64,000 nucleotides of DNA from Mobula hypostoma (lineage: Eukaryota): assembly GCF_963921235.1 (NCBI RefSeq), contig NC_086097.1, positions 40,116,001 to 40,180,000 on the forward strand. Reading direction: 5' to 3'. A program made the position numbers and the translations under genes. The notes beneath the pieces were generated by a model, which saw only the letters and a list, made by a program, of their open reading frames with translations, searched no databases and was not told the origin of the DNA. Positions 62,050 to 64,000 of this stretch are shown in pieces (position 1 is the stretch's first letter; every line of letters begins with the position of its first letter).

Positions 62050-64000
62050 AATACTGGACTAAAAGTGTTATACTTGAATGCACGCAACATAAGAAATATA
62101 ATGGATGATCTTGAAATTCAGCTACAGACCGGCAAGTATGACGTTGTGGCCATCTCTGAAATTTGGCTACAGGATGGCTGCCATTGGGAGCTGAATGTCC
62201 ACGGATATACAGTGCATCGAAAAGATAGGTTAGTAGGCAGAGGGGTTGGTGTTGCCCTGTTTATAAGGAATAATATTACATCATTAGAAAGGGATGACAT
62301 AGGATTGGGAGGTGTAGAGTCTCTATGGGTTGAGTTAAGAAATGGCAAGAGTAAAAGGACCCTAATGGCAGTTGTATACAGGCCTCCAAACAGCAGCCAG
62401 GATGTGGATTACAAATTACAGCAGGAGATAGAAAAGGTGTGTCAGAAAGGCAATGTCAAGATAATCGTTGGGGATTTTAACATGAAAGTGGATTGGGAAA
62501 ACCAGGCCAGCGCTGGACCTCAAGAGAGAGTATTTGTAGAATGTCTCAGGGGTGGCATTTTAGAACAGCTTGTTGTTGAGCTTCCTAGGGGATCGGCTGT
62601 GCTGGATTAAGTGTTTTGCAATGATCTGGAGGTGATAAAGAGAGCTTAAGGTTAAGGAACCCTTAGGGATCAGTGATCACAATATGATTGAGTTCACTTT
62701 GAAATTTGAGAAGGAGAAACTAAATTCCAATATGTCAATATTCCAGTGGAATAAAGGAAATTACAATAGCATGGGAGGGGAACTGGCCAAAATTGACTAG
62801 AAAGATATACTAGCAGGAAGGACAACAGCGCAGCAATGGCTGGAGTTTCTGTGAAAAATGAGGGAAGTGCAAAATAGATATATTCCAAATAAGAAGAAAT
62901 TTTCATAGGGAAGAAGGACGCAACAGTGGCTGACAAGTGAAGTCAGAGCCAAAGTAAAAGCAAAAGAGAGGGCATACAAAGAAGTCAAAGATAGTGGGAA
63001 AATAGGGGATTACGAAGCTTTTATAAACTTGCTGAAGGAAGCTAAGAAGGTCATTAGGAAGGAAAAGATGAATTATGAAAGGAAGCTGGTGACTAACATC
63101 AAAGAAGATACTTAAAACTGTTTTAAGTATATCAAGGGTAAAAGAGAGTTGAGGGTAGATATTGGACTAATACAAAATAATGCTAGAGATATTATAATGA
63201 GAGATGCAGAGACAGCGGAGGAACTGAGTGCATATTTTGCATTAGCCTTCACAGTGGAAGACACCTGCAGTATACTGGACATCCAAGAGCATCAGGGAAT
63301 GAAGTATGTGCAGTGAAAATTATGACTGAGAAGGTGCTCAGGAAGCTTTATAGTCTGAGGGTAGATAAATCTCCTGGACCTGATGGAATGCACCCTTGGG
63401 TTCTGAAGAAAGTAGCTGGAGAGATTGCGGAGGCATTAACAATGATCTTTCAAGAATCAATAGATTCTGGCATTGTACCAGATGACTGAAAAATTGCAAA
63501 AACTACTCCACTATTTAAGAAGGATGAGAGGCAGCGGAAAGGAAACTATAGACCTGTTAGCCTGACATCAGTGGTTGGGAAGTTGTTGGAATTGATTGTT
63601 AAAGGATGAGATTATGGAGTACCTGGAGGCACATGACAAGATAGGCCAAGGCCTGAAAGGAAGATCCTGGCTGACTAAACTACTGCAATTTTTTGAGGAA
63701 ATTACAAGCAGGGTAGACGAGCAGTAGATGTGGTGTACTTGGATTTTCAGAAGGCCTTTGACAAGGTGCCGCACATAAGGCTGCTTAGCAAGTTAAGAGC
63801 CCATGCAATTACAGGGAAGTTACCAGCATGGGTGGAGCATTGACTGATTGGCAGAAATCAGAGAGTGGGAATAAAGGGATCCTAGTCTGCCTGACTGCTG
63901 GTTATCAGTGGAGTTCCACAGGGGTCGGTGTTGGGACCGCTGCTTTTTACGATGTACGTCAAAGATTTGGACTATGGAATTAATGGATGTGTGGCTAAAT
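62050..64000 (+). pseudogene. CR1 ORF2 (APE endonuclease and RT), disrupted
   Basis: LYLNARNI, VAISEIW, VVYRPP, IVGDFN, KSPGPDGMHP, YLDFQKAFDKVPH, GVPQGSVLGP. Confidence 0.9.

Larger units (their letters stand above)
60690..64000 (+). mobile_element. CR1 LINE with 5' UTR, ORF1 and ORF2; runs off the window; degenerate
   Basis: ORF1 and ORF2 motifs in canonical order; many stops. Confidence 0.9.

Overview
Eukaryotic, repeat-dense genomic DNA; the repeat families (HE1-like V-SINEs, CR1, Rex1/Babar-like LINEs, Penelope-like elements) suggest a cartilaginous fish, probably a ray (inference). Most of the window is decayed or nested transposable elements: two Ty3/Gypsy LTR elements, three Tc1 elements, a hAT element and MITEs, an RNase H-bearing I/Nimb-type LINE, many CR1 and Rex1-like LINE pieces, Penelope-like elements and SINEs. 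Many boundaries are fixed by visible target-site duplications (TSDs); other boundaries are approximate. No intact host gene was recognised; a few minus-strand exon candidates are reported at low confidence. Most notable: (1) two Tc1 copies share one internal inversion junction, implying a mobilised ~1.6-kb palindromic (foldback) Tc1 derivative; (2) minimal hammerhead ribozyme motifs in Penelope termini; (3) a 32-bp minisatellite whose single ancestral unit is visible in the opposite arm of an old inverted repeat; (4) a four-level nest with an in-frame Nimb-CR1 chimeric ORF. All assignments are by eye, with no database search.
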